From: Ginglymostoma cirratum | Lineage: Eukaryota | Length of the DNA stretch: 64,000 bases | Reading direction: 5' to 3' | Assembly (NCBI GenBank): GCA_024137785.1 | Contig: JAHRHZ010000088.1 | Location: 16,340,049 to 16,404,048 of the forward strand | Part shown: positions 1 through 13,374 of the stretch, piece by piece | How positions within the stretch are numbered: the stretch's first letter is position 1 | How the letters are laid out: each line of letters starts with the position of its first letter | Notes under the pieces: generated by a model | Told to the model about the DNA's origin: nothing | The model's input: the letters and a program-made list of their open reading frames with translations, nothing else | Databases searched by the model: none | Program-made: the position numbers and the translations under genes

Positions 1-480
1 AAGGAGAACCCTATCGCTGTTGCAGGAGGGAACAGAAGGGGCGGAGGCGGAAGTGTGGAAGATGATTCGGACCCGGTTGAGGGCCCTGTTAAGTGCTGGG
101 GAATCCTCAGTTGATGAAGAAGGTGGACATTCCGGATCCTTTGTCCAAGTTGGCCTCATCTAAACATATGCGCCGGAGACAGAGGAACCGAGAGAATGGC
201 ATGGAGTCTTTACAGGAAGCAGGGTATATAGTCCAGGTAGCTGTGGGAGTCAGTGGGTTTATATTGGATATTGGTGGCCCGGTGAAAGTGAGGGCAGGGT
301 GGAAATTGGAAGCGAAAATCAGTGAACTTTTCCAACCTGAAACGAGAGAAGGAAGCAGCACCAATGATATAATCGATATATCGGAGAAAGAGTTGTGGGT
401 GGGGGCTGGAATAGGCCTGGAACAAGGAATATTCCACGTACTCCACAAAGAGACAGGCATAACTGGGGCCCATGCAGGTA
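1..480 (-). mobile_element. Penelope-like element (Neptune-type) RT fragment
   Basis: ORF 210-473: MGPSYACLFV..FLRYID..FHPALTFT..YKPTDSHSYLDY, a PLE RT motif set with frameshifts. Confidence 0.85.
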
Positions 481-489
481 CTGCAGTTC

Positions 490-1090
490 TTTCGATTTTT
501 ATATAGTATTCCATTAGCCTTTTTAATTATCTGCTGGAACTACACTAACATTTTGTGACTCATTAATTAGGAGAACTAAATTCTTCTGCACCTTAGAATT
601 CTGCAGTTGTTCCCCATTTAAGTAACACAGCTTTTTAAAAATAATTCTGCTTTCTAATGTAAACAATTTCATGTCATCTGATTTAATATTCTACCTTCCA
701 GATTTTGTCCACTTGCTCAATCTATTTATATCAGTCTGAAACCTCCTTATATACACACTTCACAACATACTTTCCCAACTATCTTAGCATTATATGCAAA
801 TTTGGTGACCATGCTTTCACTTTCCTCATCCAAGTCATTGACATAAATTGGAAAAAGTTGAGGCCCCAGCACAGACCTCTGCATGACAACACTCATCAAA
901 TCCTGTCAATCAGTAAAAGATCCATTTAAAACGTACTCTCTATTTTCTGCTATCCAACGAGTCTCCAATCCACATATTATGCCTTGTTCCATGAACTCCT
1001 ACTATGCGCAGTAACCTTTCATGTGCCACTTTGATAAATATCTTCTGGAAATCCAAGTACAGTAAGTCATTGGGCTCTGATTATTTGCAG
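490..1090 (-). mobile_element. CR1 LINE RT fragment
   Basis: Reverse strand gives a decayed YLDFQK.F.KV.H.RL, GPQLF.IY, KFA motif series. Confidence 0.7.
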
Positions 1091-1339
1091 TGCATGGTAA
1101 GAGAAAGAGGTCAAGAGGAAACAAGAAGGGAGAAGTTGAACAAGGTAAAAGGTATGGAATAATTACAATGCAAATCAAGAATAAAACAGCATGGGAATTT
1201 GGAACTAAGTTTGAAAATGAGCCAAGTTATACAGAGAGTTGGACGGCACAGTATGAACTGTATTGACAACAGGAATATAGTGAACGTGCAACAATACAGG
1301 ATTCAAATTAGTTGTGCTAAATGACTAGGTGCTAAGATA

Positions 1340-2690
1340 ATGTCTATTGAATGAAAGAAATGAATGTGTGCTCAAAGACTGGCATGGGAGGAGTAGGTTG
1401 TGGTTTGTGGAGCACTGGCATCAGTACTGGGGAATGTGTGATCTGTATAGTTGTGACTAGGACTATTGTTCTACCAAGCTACATAACTAGGAAAGTGGAC
1501 AGAGCTTTAAAGTAAGCAAGGGGGACTGAGGCCTTAAATTTAGGGAGATGTAACAATTCAAGGGGCACAGTTGAGGCAATAAAGCAAAATACTGAGAAGT
1601 AAAGGTCAGACAATGGCAGGATGTGACAGGAACGATAAACCTAATTATAGATCAACAGTCAAAACTTGATGTTAAAAAGGTAATAAAAAGATAAAATTAA
1701 AGGGTCCAAATCTGAATACATGTAAAATTTGTAACAAAGTAAATTAGGGAGCACACTGAAGTAAGTAAACACATTCTGAGAGCCATTATAGAGACAAGGC
1801 TGCAGGACAATGAGGATTGGGTTTTGATATGGGGAAATATATAACATTCAAGAAAAAAACAGAAAGGTAAATAAAAGTGGAGGGATGCTACATGTTGTTA
1901 TTACAACAACTATCATGTAGGGTGAAGTTTACGAGAAAAAATATTAACTGTTTCTAATAAAACGGACTGCAATAATCATAGATGATTTTAATTAACACAC
2001 AAACTGAAATCATCAGATTGGCAATGGTAATATGGATGAAGAATGCACAGAATAATTTTGAGAGAGTTTCTTGGAATAGCATGTTCTGAAACCAACCAAG
2101 AGCAAGTTTTATTAAATTTGGCATTGTCTAATCTGACAGGATAAATTAAGGATTTTGGATTAAAGATGCCAATAGGCAGAAACAACTACAATATGATGCA
2201 GTTTTACATCAAATTTCAAAGGGAGAAGGACTGGATATAAAACTGGTATTTTAAACTTAAAGAAGGGCAACTGTGTGGGCATAAAAACTGAGTGAGCTGA
2301 AGAGAATTGGAATACCATTCCAAGCGACAGATCAACAGGGATGCAATGGCAGGCATTTAAGGGGATGTTTTAGAATAATGAGAAGTATATTCATAGAATC
2401 CCTACAGTGCAGAGAGGCCATCTGGCCCAATGATTCTATACCAACCCTCCGAAGAGCATCCCACCCTTCTATCCTAAAGAAAATTCTAAGGCGTGGACCC
2501 ACCATTCCTGGTTAATTAAAGAATTTAGGGAAAAAGCATAATCGTGAAAAGGGGAATGGTAGGTCACATGATTAGACACAATAGAACTAACAGCAGAGAA
2601 TGATCAAAATGCTTGGCCATTCAAACTGAAATTAGAGGATGACAGTAAGCTAGCTATAAATAGAAAACAAATAGCAACAGTTTCTACAGG
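1340..2690 (+). mobile_element. Decayed CR1 LINE ORF1 end/endonuclease region, with an HE1 tail inserted at ~2392-2470 (-)
   Basis: Esterase-like ORF1 remnant (gactggcatgggagg...gcactggcatcagtactgggga) then EN-like motifs; orientation is opposite to 490-1090. Confidence 0.6.
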
Positions 2691-4319
2691 AATCTTTTCA
2701 CCTTGCTCAGCTTTTCCCTTCTTGTTTCCTCCTCACTGCTTTCTCTTACCATGCATTCAAAAACTAAAGGTAAACACAAAGAGGAAATGCGGAACAGCTT
2801 GCACATCCAAAAAAAATACCGAAACGACATACTTTGATGGTTTAGTGGAGAAACATATCTGAAACAAACTGCAAGACACTACACTAATAGTGCAGGTGAT
2901 AAATACAGAGAGCCTTCTGTTTAATATGCAACTGTCCTGACACTGCAGCTGTCTGACTCAATTATTGTATTACATCAAACACGTCTCTACATGCAAGGCT
3001 ACCGTTTTCAGTGAAATGCAGTGTCACACATTTTGGCAACTGAAACCTGTACACATTCCACTTTTATGGCTAACCTTAGCAGGTCAGAACCTGCAGCGTA
3101 TGTTAAATTACAATAATGATCAACTCAAATCACCATCCGCTGGCATCTAAAATTAGTATTCAACATGCCTATGATCCCAGTAAACAACCTTGCAAGAAGA
3201 TTTCAAATTTGAAGCTATAGAACTGTACTGTAAAACCATCTCTAACTAATTCTATATAGGCAATACTTGCATTAAGAGTGCTGTCTTGCTCAATTTGCTT
3301 TAAAATTACCATACTTGAATTCATTTCTCGTGCAAATAGATGCAACTGTGATTCAATTTATAATGCCTCAGTTCACACAGCTAGATTATCTTCATTAGCA
3401 AAAGGCATGTCTATGCTTAAGAACGGTACTTATCACTTTTAGCACTTACTGTCAAGCAATCATTCCCAAGTCAAGCACAGCAGGCAACCAGGCAGATATA
3501 GCACAGGAGCTATTTCATCTTCACAACCATGGTTGAAATTGCTCTCACCGGCCGCCAAAAGTAACGGTTTAAATATTTAACATAAATGTGAATGATTTAT
3601 GTTGCATACTTTCATAAAGGCAGTCACTGATAAATGCAAGATAAAATATACTGTCATTACCTGTAGCTTGCTGATGTTACCAATAGTTTCTGAGTTACAG
3701 TCGTTAGATTTCATTGTCAGCCTCTCTTATTCGTAATCTGTTTTTAAACCACAAAGATTAAATTAGTTTATGTATTTTCGACATTCTGGACAAAACACCA
3801 ATAAATTTAAACCACAAACTTTCACTATAAGTTCAGGAGCACATTCAAGACAATTGGCAGCTCTGGAAACTTGATCCAGGACAAAGTATTCTGGATTTTC
3901 ACTCTGGTGACGATAGCAATAGTGGTGGAGGGCAGGTTTAATGAGAACAGTGGTGGGAGACCCCAGAAAAAGTTCGCAGGCTATCAGATGTAGAGGCAAA
4001 GTGGGTGAAAGGCTGGCTTCAGTACACAAGCACTTCGAGAAAGAAACAATAAAACAGCCCTCAACTCCTCATCCTCTCAACACTCTTCATGTCCCATCCA
4101 TGCCAAACAACCCCAGTCCATGCCCCAACTGACCACAGTACATTTTTATTCCAAGGTTTCCTCTTGAGATTTTCTTAAGGGCTACCTTTTTCATTTGCAA
4201 GAATCACTTTTGAATTTTCAGGGGCTCTTTGATCATTCCTGTTAACTCATTTATTCAGGTGATGAAGCCACATTGTAATAATATCTTTTTACTTGTGCTT
4301 GTATCATCAATAGTTAAAA

Positions 4320-4850
4320 GACCATAAGATGGCAAATCAGAAAGTAGCCATTTGGCCCCTCAAGTCTGCACTGCCATTAAATGAGATCATAGCTGATTTG
4401 ATAATCCTCAATTCTGCTTTCCTGCCTTTCACCCAGTACCCTCACTTCCTTCCTGATTAAAAATTTGTCTATCTCAAACTTGATTGTATTCAACAATCCA
4501 GCCTCGACAACCCTCTGTGATAAAGAATTCCACAGATTCACTATCCTCAGGAGAAATTCCTCATCTGTGTCTTAAATGGGCAACTACTTACTCTGAGAAT
4601 ATGCTGTCTCATCCAAGAATCTCCCAAAAGGGAACAATAATCTCTCTGCATCGACCCTGTCAAGCCTCTTGAGAATCTTATGTTTCAATATTGTTCTCTC
4701 TTATTCTTCTGGACTCCATTTTGTACAAGCCCAAAAATACTCAACTTCTATTCATAAGGAAACCCCTCCACACCAAGAACCAATCTACTGAACTTTCTCT
4801 GGACTATCTGCAATGTCACCATATCCTTAATTAGATAAGGGGGCCAAAAT
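4320..4850 (-). mobile_element. CR1 LINE 3' end
   Basis: Typical shark CR1 3' terminus (ccataag...gccatttggcccctcaagtctgc...gaattccacagattcact), same family as 46025-46370 and 56910-58350. Confidence 0.7.
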
Positions 4851-5107
4851 GCAATCCTCAACTAAAATCAAAGCCACATTACACAAGGAAAGAATTAATT
4901 CATAAAGAAATCTTTGCATTTCAATAAGCAAAAGATGTTTTTATAAGTTAACACACCTCGACATACAAAATGCCATCATCCTAAACACAGCTCATAAACA
5001 AAGGGTCAAATTCTTAGAACTCCCTACCTTACGTTTCAACTATAAAATCTTCTCATCATAGGTTGTGGTGATTCAAGATAACACTTGTTTGTTATTTTAT
5101 ATAAAAC

Positions 5108-6030
5108 AATGTGGATGGGAATGTAATGGTTAGTAAATTTGCAGAGGACTCCAAAATTGGTGGGACAGTAGACAGTGAGTAAGGTTATCTAAGATTTCAA
5201 AGGGATATTGATCAATTGGGCCAATGGACCGAACAGTGGCAGATGGAGTTTAATTTAGCTAAATGCTAGATGTTGCATTTTCACAACACAAACAAGGGCA
5301 AGACTTACACAGAAAATGTAGGACCCTGGAGAGTGTCATACAACAGACAGGCCTAGGGTTTCACGTACATAGTTCTTTGAAAGTTACATCACAGGTAGAC
5401 AGGGTGATAAAGGTGGTGTTCAGAATGCACGCCTTCATTGCTCATTCCACTGAGTTTAGGAATTGGGACATCATGTTACAGTTGTATAGGTTGTTGGTGA
5501 GGCCACTTTTTGACTACACTGGTACAGGAAGGATATTATTAAATTAAATAGGGTGCGGAAAAGATTTACAAGAATGTTACTGGGACTGAAGGGATTGAGT
5601 TACAAGGACAGGCTGGATAAGCTGGTACTTTTTTTCACTGGAGACAGGAGGTTGAGTAGGTGGGGTTACAGAAGTTTATAAAATCTTGGGGAGCACAAAT
5701 AAGGTGAATAGCAAAAGGTCTTCTCCCTAGGGTTGGGGAAATTCAAAACCAGAGAGTGTAATTTAAGGTGAGAGGAGAAAGATTTAAAAAGGGACCCGAG
5801 GGGCATTTTTTCACACAGAGGCTGGTTCATATCTGGAATGAGCTGATGGAGGACGTGGTAGATGCAGGAACAGTTACAACATTTAAGAGAATTTGGATAG
5901 TACATGAATTAGGAAAGGTTTAAAAGGAAATGGGCCAAGTGCAGGTAAGTGGAACTAATTTAGTTTGGAAAACTTGGTCAGCATAGAGGAGAGAGACGAA
6001 AGGATCTATTTCAATGCTGTTATGACTCTA
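5108..6030 (+). mobile_element. CR1 (HER1-like) LINE 3' ~0.9 kb
   Basis: SKFA.D.KIGG, WQMEFN, SLKVTSQVDRV, MLQLYRLLVRPL motifs; ends in the tatgactcta-type tail. Confidence 0.88.
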
Positions 6031-6279
6031 TTAGCAGGTTAAATTCAACAAGGGATATTAAATAATTGTTAGCCTAGCTATCTACGCCAATATTTCCAGA
6101 AGTTTTTTTTTTAAAAATGAGGACCTCCATTTCGATTTAGGAAAACATATATTCTGCCTTATCTCAACATTATGCCCTCTCTTAAATAATATCAAGGTTG
6201 TTGCTTCAAGTCATATACAGAAATTTTAATAGTCATCCATGAAAATGACCTTTCGTCATCAATCATAAATAAAGAAAAA

Positions 6280-6780
6280 ACTTGCAATAAAACAATGCCT
6301 TTCCCATCCTCTGGATGTCAAGAAGTGATTCACAGCTCATAAAGTATTTTTTTTAAAAAGTGTGGTCACTGTTGTAAAAGAGCCAATGACAGTGAGTTCA
6401 TGCAAAGCAAAATCCCACGAACAGAAGCAGGCAGGTGGGACTAGTTTTGTTGGAATTATGTTTGGTATTGACTGGTTGGACTGAAGGATGACTTTACGAC
6501 AGTAGGCTAAATATTCAGATAAGCTGTTTTAGTGATGATAAACAGAAGATAAACAGAAGAAATTGTGCCACATAATCCTCTGCCTTCAGCTTGAGCAAAT
6601 AAACAGGACCTAGGTTTAAGGTGTTATTTTAAAAACGCCATTTCCAAAAGGACAGAAATGTCTCAGCATTACACAGAAGAGTCAGGTCGCATGATGTATT
6701 CAAGTCTCTGGAACGTGACTTGAATTCATGATATTCAGATTTATTGGGTTGCGTTTTCAATCCATGGTCGTGAGCTGATG
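6280..6780 (-). mobile_element. Ancient Deu-domain SINE (SacSINE1/AmnSINE-like), decayed
   Basis: gtggtcactgttgtaa...gcaaaatcccac and ggtttaaggtgtt...caagtctctggaacgtgacttgaa resemble the recalled DeuSINE consensus. Confidence 0.55.
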
Positions 6781-7242
6781 CATGGATTGTTTCTAAGTCC
6801 CATCCTAGCACCACATCAGTGACTGACAAGGGTGAGATAGGGCAGATACCAGTTTGGCAGCCTTTTAGTGGTACCAGCTGCAGCTTGAATGTGTAACTTT
6901 GCTCAATAGGAGTGGTTTTGAAGACAAATAATTGCCCTGATTAAGACTGCCTTTGGTTTGTGCATTACAGCAGACAGGAGAGCCGAAGGTCAGCAGCCTC
7001 AAAGTCCAAATAAGTGCTCAAATGCTCACTCATCAGGTACTTAATGACAACTTTGTGCCATCACATAAACACCTCAGTTTCACCTGCCCTGTCTCTTTCT
7101 CCCCCCAAGACTGTAAGTAAGCAAAAAACAATAAATAGTGGCTCCCCTATAAGGTTCCACCAGCTATCGGGCTATCAGGCCCAGACTCATTCTGTCCCCC
7201 TCCTGATAACACGCTCTTCAACACCTTTAACTGCCAGTTAAA

Positions 7243-9950
7243 AATCAAAAGAACTCTGGATGCTGTAAATCAGAAACAAACACAGAACTTGCTAGAAAAG
7301 CTCAGCAGGTCTGGCAGCATCCGAGGAGAAAAATTAGAGCTAACATTTTGGGTCGAGTGACCCTTCCTTGGAACTGATGGCAAGTCGGAAAATGTCAGTT
7401 AATATGCAGAAGATAGGGCAAGGGGAGGGGGTAAGGAGTAAAGGATGGATGGAATCGACCCCAAAGAGAGAGAAGAACTGTTGGATAGACAAAGGGGTGG
7501 ATAACAATCTGGCTAGGAGGGTGAATAGTTATTCATGGGGACTGTAAATAGCTAACAATGGGTTGTGTGTAATTGCATGTGATCACAAGGCCTGGTGTAT
7601 GGGAGTTGGGGTAAGGCATGGGAGACCTGAAGCCCTAAAGCTGTTGAACCCGATACTGAGTCCTGAAGGCTGCAGGTCCCCAAGCGGAAAATGAGATACT
7701 GTCCATCCAGCTTGCAGGGAGCTTCACTGGAACACTGCAGCAAGCTTCAGATAGAGATGCTGATCAGGAAACAGGGTGGTGCATTGAAGTGGCAGGCAAC
7801 TGGAAGCTAAAGGTCTTTTTGCAGACATAGTGTAGGTGTTCTGTGAAATGGTCACCTAACGTGCGCTTCATTTCCCCAATGTAGAGGACACTACATTGTG
7901 AGCAGCGAATGTGGTAAATTAGATTGTGAAGCGCAGATCAAGCACTGCTTCACCTGGAAGGTGTGTTTGGGCCCTTGGATACTAAGGAGAAAGGAAATAA
8001 ACAGACAGTTGTTACACCTTCTGCATTTGCATTGTGTGTGTGTTGAAGGGGTTGTTGGGAGTGAAGGAAGAGTGGACCAGGGGGTGTCCCCAAGAGAACA
8101 GTCCCTGTGGAAGGCTGTCAATGGAGGGTAGAGAAATATATGTCTGGTGGTGGCATCTCACTGGAGGTGGCAGAAATAGCATTTAATGATCCTCTGGATG
8201 TGGATGCTGGTGGGTAAGGATAAGGGGGACCCTATTGCTGTTGCAAGACGGGGGGGGGGGCGCGGTGTGAGGGCCAAAGTGCAGGAGATGGGTTGCACAT
8301 GACAGAGTGCCCTGCCAACCACGGTGCTGGGAATCCTCGGTTGAGGAAAAAGGTAGTCATCTCAGAGGCTCCTTTGTCGAAGTTGGCATCATCCGAACAG
8401 ATGTGACAGAGAGGGAGGAACTGGAAGAATGGAATAGAGTCTTTAAAAGGAAGCAGGGTGTGAGAGCGTATAGTCAAGGTAATTGCAGCAGTAGGTTTAT
8501 GGTAGATATTGATGGCCAGCCTATCCCCAGAAATGGAAACAGAGATGTCAAGGAAGGGAAGGGAGGAGTCAGAGATGGACCACGTGAGGCCGGGGTGGAA
8601 ATTGGAAGTGAAAATCCATAAACTCTTAACAATTCCAGTCGAGAGAGAGAAGCAGCACCAATGATATTATCAATATACCGGAAAAAGAGTTACGGATAGG
8701 GGCTGGAACAGGACTGGAACGAGGAACGTTCCATGTACCCGACAAAGAGATAGGCATAACTGGAGTCCATGCGGGTATCCATGGCCACCCCTCTGACCTG
8801 AAGAAAATAAGGGGAAGTAAAAAAGAAGTTGTTCAGGGTGAGGACAAGCTCAGCCAGGCGGCGGAGGCTGGTGGCGGATAAGGGTGGTTGAGGTCTTTGT
8901 TCCAGGAAGAAGTGGAGAGTGCTGAGACCGACCCAGTGGGGGATGGATGTGTAAGAGGATTGCATGTCCACGGTAAACTGGAGGCGGCTGGAACGCACAA
9001 ACTGGAAATTCTGAAACTGGCATAGAGCATCAGAGGAATTGCGGCTGTAAATGGGTAGGTAGTGAACAGATAGTCTCCAAGACAGAAAAGACGAGTCAAG
9101 GTAGGACGAGAGAAGTTCTGTGGAGCAGGGGCAGGCAGAAAAAATGGACCTGCCAGGGCAGTCCTGTTTCTGGATTTTGGGAAGGAGGTAGAAGTGAGCT
9201 GTGCATTTCTGGGGGAAGCTATCAGCTTCTAGTGGTGGTAGTGGTAGTGGTAGTAGTGGTTATGGTAGTGGTGGTGGTGGTGGTGGGGATCAACAGATTA
9301 AATGAAGTGGTGACCATATTTGACAGAATGGCCTGATATTCCATCATCAGGTCATGGTCCACGGGAAAATAGGAGCAAGTATCTGAGACGTGGCGCTCAG
9401 TTTCTGCAATATAGAGGTCAGTACACCAGACTACAATAGCACTACCTTTATCGGCAGGCTTAATTACAAACTCAGCGTTGGAACTGAGTGCAGTCAGTTC
9501 ATGGGAAGACAGGTTGGAATGGTTAAGGTGGAGCAGAGAAATTGAAATGACCAATGTCACATCGACAGTGCTCAATGATCAGGTCAAATGCAGGTAAAAC
9601 GCCAGAGGGGACAGATCCAAGTGGAGGGAGTGTTGGAGGTCGGCGAAGGGGTCTGTAGGACAGGGAGAGGACTCCTGTCTAAAGAAATGGCACCAAGGCG
9701 ACGGAAGAAGAGTTCAATGTCATCTTGTGTCCAAAATTCATTAAGGTGGGGACGCAGTGGGACAAAACTGAGACCTCTATTTAGGACATAACATTCAGTA
9801 TCAGAGAGCAGAAGCTCAGTCGGGATCGTGAATACATAACAGGAGATATAGGTCGGGGTAAGAGATGAAGTCAGAGGAAAGGAGAGGCAAGGAGGGTCTA
9901 GAGGGCCATGGATATCTCTGAGCTGTTGCATCTTGCACGCCATTATGCCT
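7243..9950 (-). mobile_element. Large Neptune-type Penelope-like element (RT, GIY-YIG, 3' pLTR), frameshifted
   Basis: VLNRGLSFVP, VIKPADKGSAIVVW, FTVDMQSSYTSIPH, LTLNNF..QVRGVAM, C..C CCHH-linker region, QYLIFRLGT; pLTR with decayed hammerhead at ~7340-7375. Confidence 0.9.
9229..9289. repeat. (GTG/GTA)n trinucleotide microsatellite inside the PLE
   Basis: gtggtggtagtggtagtggtagtagtgg...; source of the poly-Thr in ORF 9222-9575. Confidence 0.85.
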
Positions 9951-9980
9951 GAAAGGAAAAAGAAACGTCTCTTGTTAGCA

Positions 9981-10139
9981 TACGGATCTGGTGACCCTTC
10001 CTCAGAACTGAGGGAGGGTCACCAGACCCGAAACGTTAACTCTGATATTTTCTTCACAGACGTTACCAGACTTGCTGAACATTTCCAGCAACTTCTGTTT
10101 TTGTTCCTGATTTACAGCATCCGCAGTTCTTTCTGTTTT
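9981..10139 (+). mobile_element. Short PLE pLTR-only insertion with a palindromic hammerhead-like head
   Basis: Flanked by TCTTGTTAGCA direct repeats (9970-9980, 10140-10150); inverted repeat 9987-10005/10008-10026. Confidence 0.8.
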
Positions 10140-11479
10140 TCTTGTTAGCAAGTTGAATGAGCCAGAGGACGAAGTGGAACTGGGGAGTGGTACAGCCCTG
10201 AGCCATTGTAATATGATGCTGTTGGAGAGAGGTCAAGAGCGTGCGTATGACAACTCATGGTACTGAGTGTGGATCTCAGGATTTGGCGAAAGCAGTTGGC
10301 TGTGGAACGTTGAACATCACAGAGATTAACTGCCAATTAGTTGGAGGTGAGAAAGCCTCTCCCAACATGCCTACCCTCCTTTGAAAACTATAGCACATCA
10401 GAGACATTAGAAGACTAACATACCACCTGAGGGCATTATTTTCAAAATATTTCCTGTCAAGCATTTGAAAGTTCACCTGTAATGTTTTATGAACACTCAG
10501 GTGGTGTGGTAATGCAATCAGTACATTTACTTCAGGGTCTCTACAATATTGCCCTCACAAGGGTCCCTCTGGTGTGGAGTTATCCAACATACAAGCACAC
10601 AAATGCATATCATCGCCCAACCCCGACACCACTCCATCCACAGATTTTTGAGGCAAAAGACAATCAACTATGTTATCCAAGAATGATCCAAGAAAAATCC
10701 AAGAATCCAACAATGGTAGCAATCTCCCATTAGCACACAGGAACAATTAGTCACGTGCAACATTATCACTTAGTTAAATCAACAGCAATGGAATGATACA
10801 GATATTTTCCTAAGCAACCTGCTCAGAGAGGTTATTACTCACTTTTGGAGCAGATGGAACTTGAGTCCAGGCCTCCTGGCTCAGAATTAAACACTACAAT
10901 TGTAATTTAACCTTGTGACATTTCCACAGTAAACCATTCACTGTAACCAGCAAATATAAACTTTAAAATCTATTCAACATGTTAAGCTTTGCATTTTGAC
11001 AGGAAAATTAAGGAGGCAATAAAAATTAAATTGCACCATTTTAATATGGGGTGAAGGAGGGGACACTAGGGAGTGGACATAAATTGAAGGTGGTAGGGCA
11101 AAATATATCCAATGGCATCATCAAAAAAAACTTACCCAAGCCAAGTGGTCATACAAACAGAACGATAAACAGCACAGAATGAGCCAACCAGCCTGTCAGG
11201 TCCACGTCCCCTTTCTGCAACAGCAAATTAGCTCGTCCAACTACCCTCCCCTTGCACCTTACAAAATCTTTCTCTTTCTGTGTGCTTGCCCTTTTGAACC
11301 TGCCTCCATGCATCATTTTTCAGAGTTAACCAACTCCTGTCGAAATATGTTCCCTTATGGTATTTTAGTTCTTTTGCAGTCACTTCAAATTGATATCCTC
11401 AGTTTCTTGAGCCTTCAACCAATCTTCTCTCTATCTATTTGGTCTAGACCTGCGTTCTTCTTCAATTTCATGATTTTTT

Positions 11480-13170
11480 AAAATTCATATTTGTGGGATG
11501 TGGGCATCACTGGCTGCCCAGCATTTATTGCCTGTCCCTAGTTGCCTTTGAGAAGGAGGTGGTGAGCTGCCTTCTTAAACCGTTGCAGGTTGACCCACAA
11601 TGCCATTAGGGAGGGAATTCCAGGAGTTTGACCCTGCGACAGCAAAGAAACAGCAATATATTTCCAAGTCAGAATAGTGAGTGGCTTGGAGGGGAACTTG
11701 CAGCTGGTAATGTTCCCATGTATCAGCTACCCTTGTCCTTCGAGATGGAAGTGGTCATGGGTTTGGAAGGTGCTGTCTAAGGATCTTTGGTACATTTCTG
11801 CAGTGCATCTTGTACATAGTTCACAGTGCTGCTGAGTTTCAGTGGTGGAGGGAGTGGATGCTTATAGATGCAGTGCCAATCGAGCAGCTCCTTTGTCCTG
11901 AATGATGTCAAGCTTTTTGAGTGTGGTTGGAGCTGCAATCATCTAGGCAAGTGGGGAGTATTTGATCAGACTCATGAACTCATGACTTGAACATTGTAGA
12001 TGGAGCTTTTTTGTTTGGGGGGCGCGGTTCAGGAGGTGAGCTACTCACCACAGTATTCCCAACCTCTAACCTGCTTTTGTAGCCACTGTGTATACTTGAC
12101 GAATCCAGTTCAGTTTCTGGTCAATGATACCACCGGAATGTTGATAGTGGGGAATTCAGTGATGGTAGCACCATTGACTGTCAAGGAGCAGGTTAGACTG
12201 TCTCTTGTCCCTTCCGCCCAACAAGTCCACACCGATCCTTGGCGATGGTTATTGCCTAGCATTTTGGTGGGATGAATGTTACTTGTCACTTGTCAGCCCA
12301 AGCCTGGATATTGTCCAGATCTTGTTACATTTGAACATGGACTGTTTCAGCAGCTGAGTCGTCGCAAATGGTGCTGAACATTATGCAATCATCAACGAAT
12401 ATCCCCACTTCTGATCTTCTGACTGAGGAGGAAGGTCACTGATGAAGCAGTTGAAGATGATCAGGCCCAGGACAATACCCTGAAAAACTCCTGCAGAGAT
12501 ATCCTGGGGCCAAGACGACTGACCTCCAACAACCACAAGCTATGTGCCAGGTGTGACTCCAACCAGCAAAGAGTTTGCCCCCTGACAACCATTGAGTCCA
12601 GTTTTTCCTCAGCCTCCTTGATGCCACACTCAGTCAAATGTAGCCTTGATGTCAAGGTCTGTCACTCTTACCTCATCTCTGGAATTCAGCTCTTATTTGA
12701 ATCAAGGATGTAATGAGGTCAGGCACTGGATGGCCTTAGCAAAACCAAAACTGAGCAGCTTATTGCCGAGTAGGTGCTGCTTAAAAACGATGTTGTTGAC
12801 ACCTCCCACCACTTTATTGATGTTTGAGAGTAGACTGATGGGTCGGTAATTGACTGGGGTGGAATTGTCCTGCTTTTTATATACAAGACATACCTGGGCA
12901 ATTTTCCACATTGGCAGGTTGGTGCCAGTGTTGTAACTGTACTGGAACAGGTTGGCTAGGGGAGTGGCAAGTTCTGGAGCACAAGTCTTCATACTATTGC
13001 TGAAATGTTGTCAGGGTCCCTAGCCTTTGCAGGATCCAGTGCCTCCAACCGTTTCTTGATATGAGGTGGAGTGAATCAAATTGTCTGAAGATTGGTATTT
13101 ATAATGCTGGGTCTACTGGAGGACGCCAAGATGGATCATCAACTCTGCCCTTCTGGCTGAAGGTTGCTGC
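11480..13170 (-). mobile_element. LINE of a second CR1/L2-group family: RT and 3' end
   Basis: ORF 12702-12992 KTCAPELATPLA.LFQ..WKIAQV..K..NYRPISLLS; 3' tail ggcaactagggacaggcaataaatgctgg. Confidence 0.88.
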
Positions 13171-13374
13171 AGTGGAAGAGGTAACTTGGCTACTTGGGAA
13201 GTCTGCAATTGATTCTCCAGTGCTTTGGATGAGGCAACAAACATTGCAGTAACTGGGACTTTGTAATTTTACTGCAGTATTAACTGTCTTACTGATGTAA
13301 TTGAAGTTTTCCTGATGTCTGATGACTTTTCAGAAGACAGGGCTGCAGTGCCTCTAATGAGGTGCAGAATGCAG

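Noticed and set aside
9222-9575. Poly-threonine protein
   Set aside because: It is a microsatellite inside a decayed PLE ORF
10145-10336. ORF starting MAVN, like MAPRE1 or a CH-domain DNMT3
   Set aside because: The start is TTG, similarity stops after four residues and there are no CH-domain motifs
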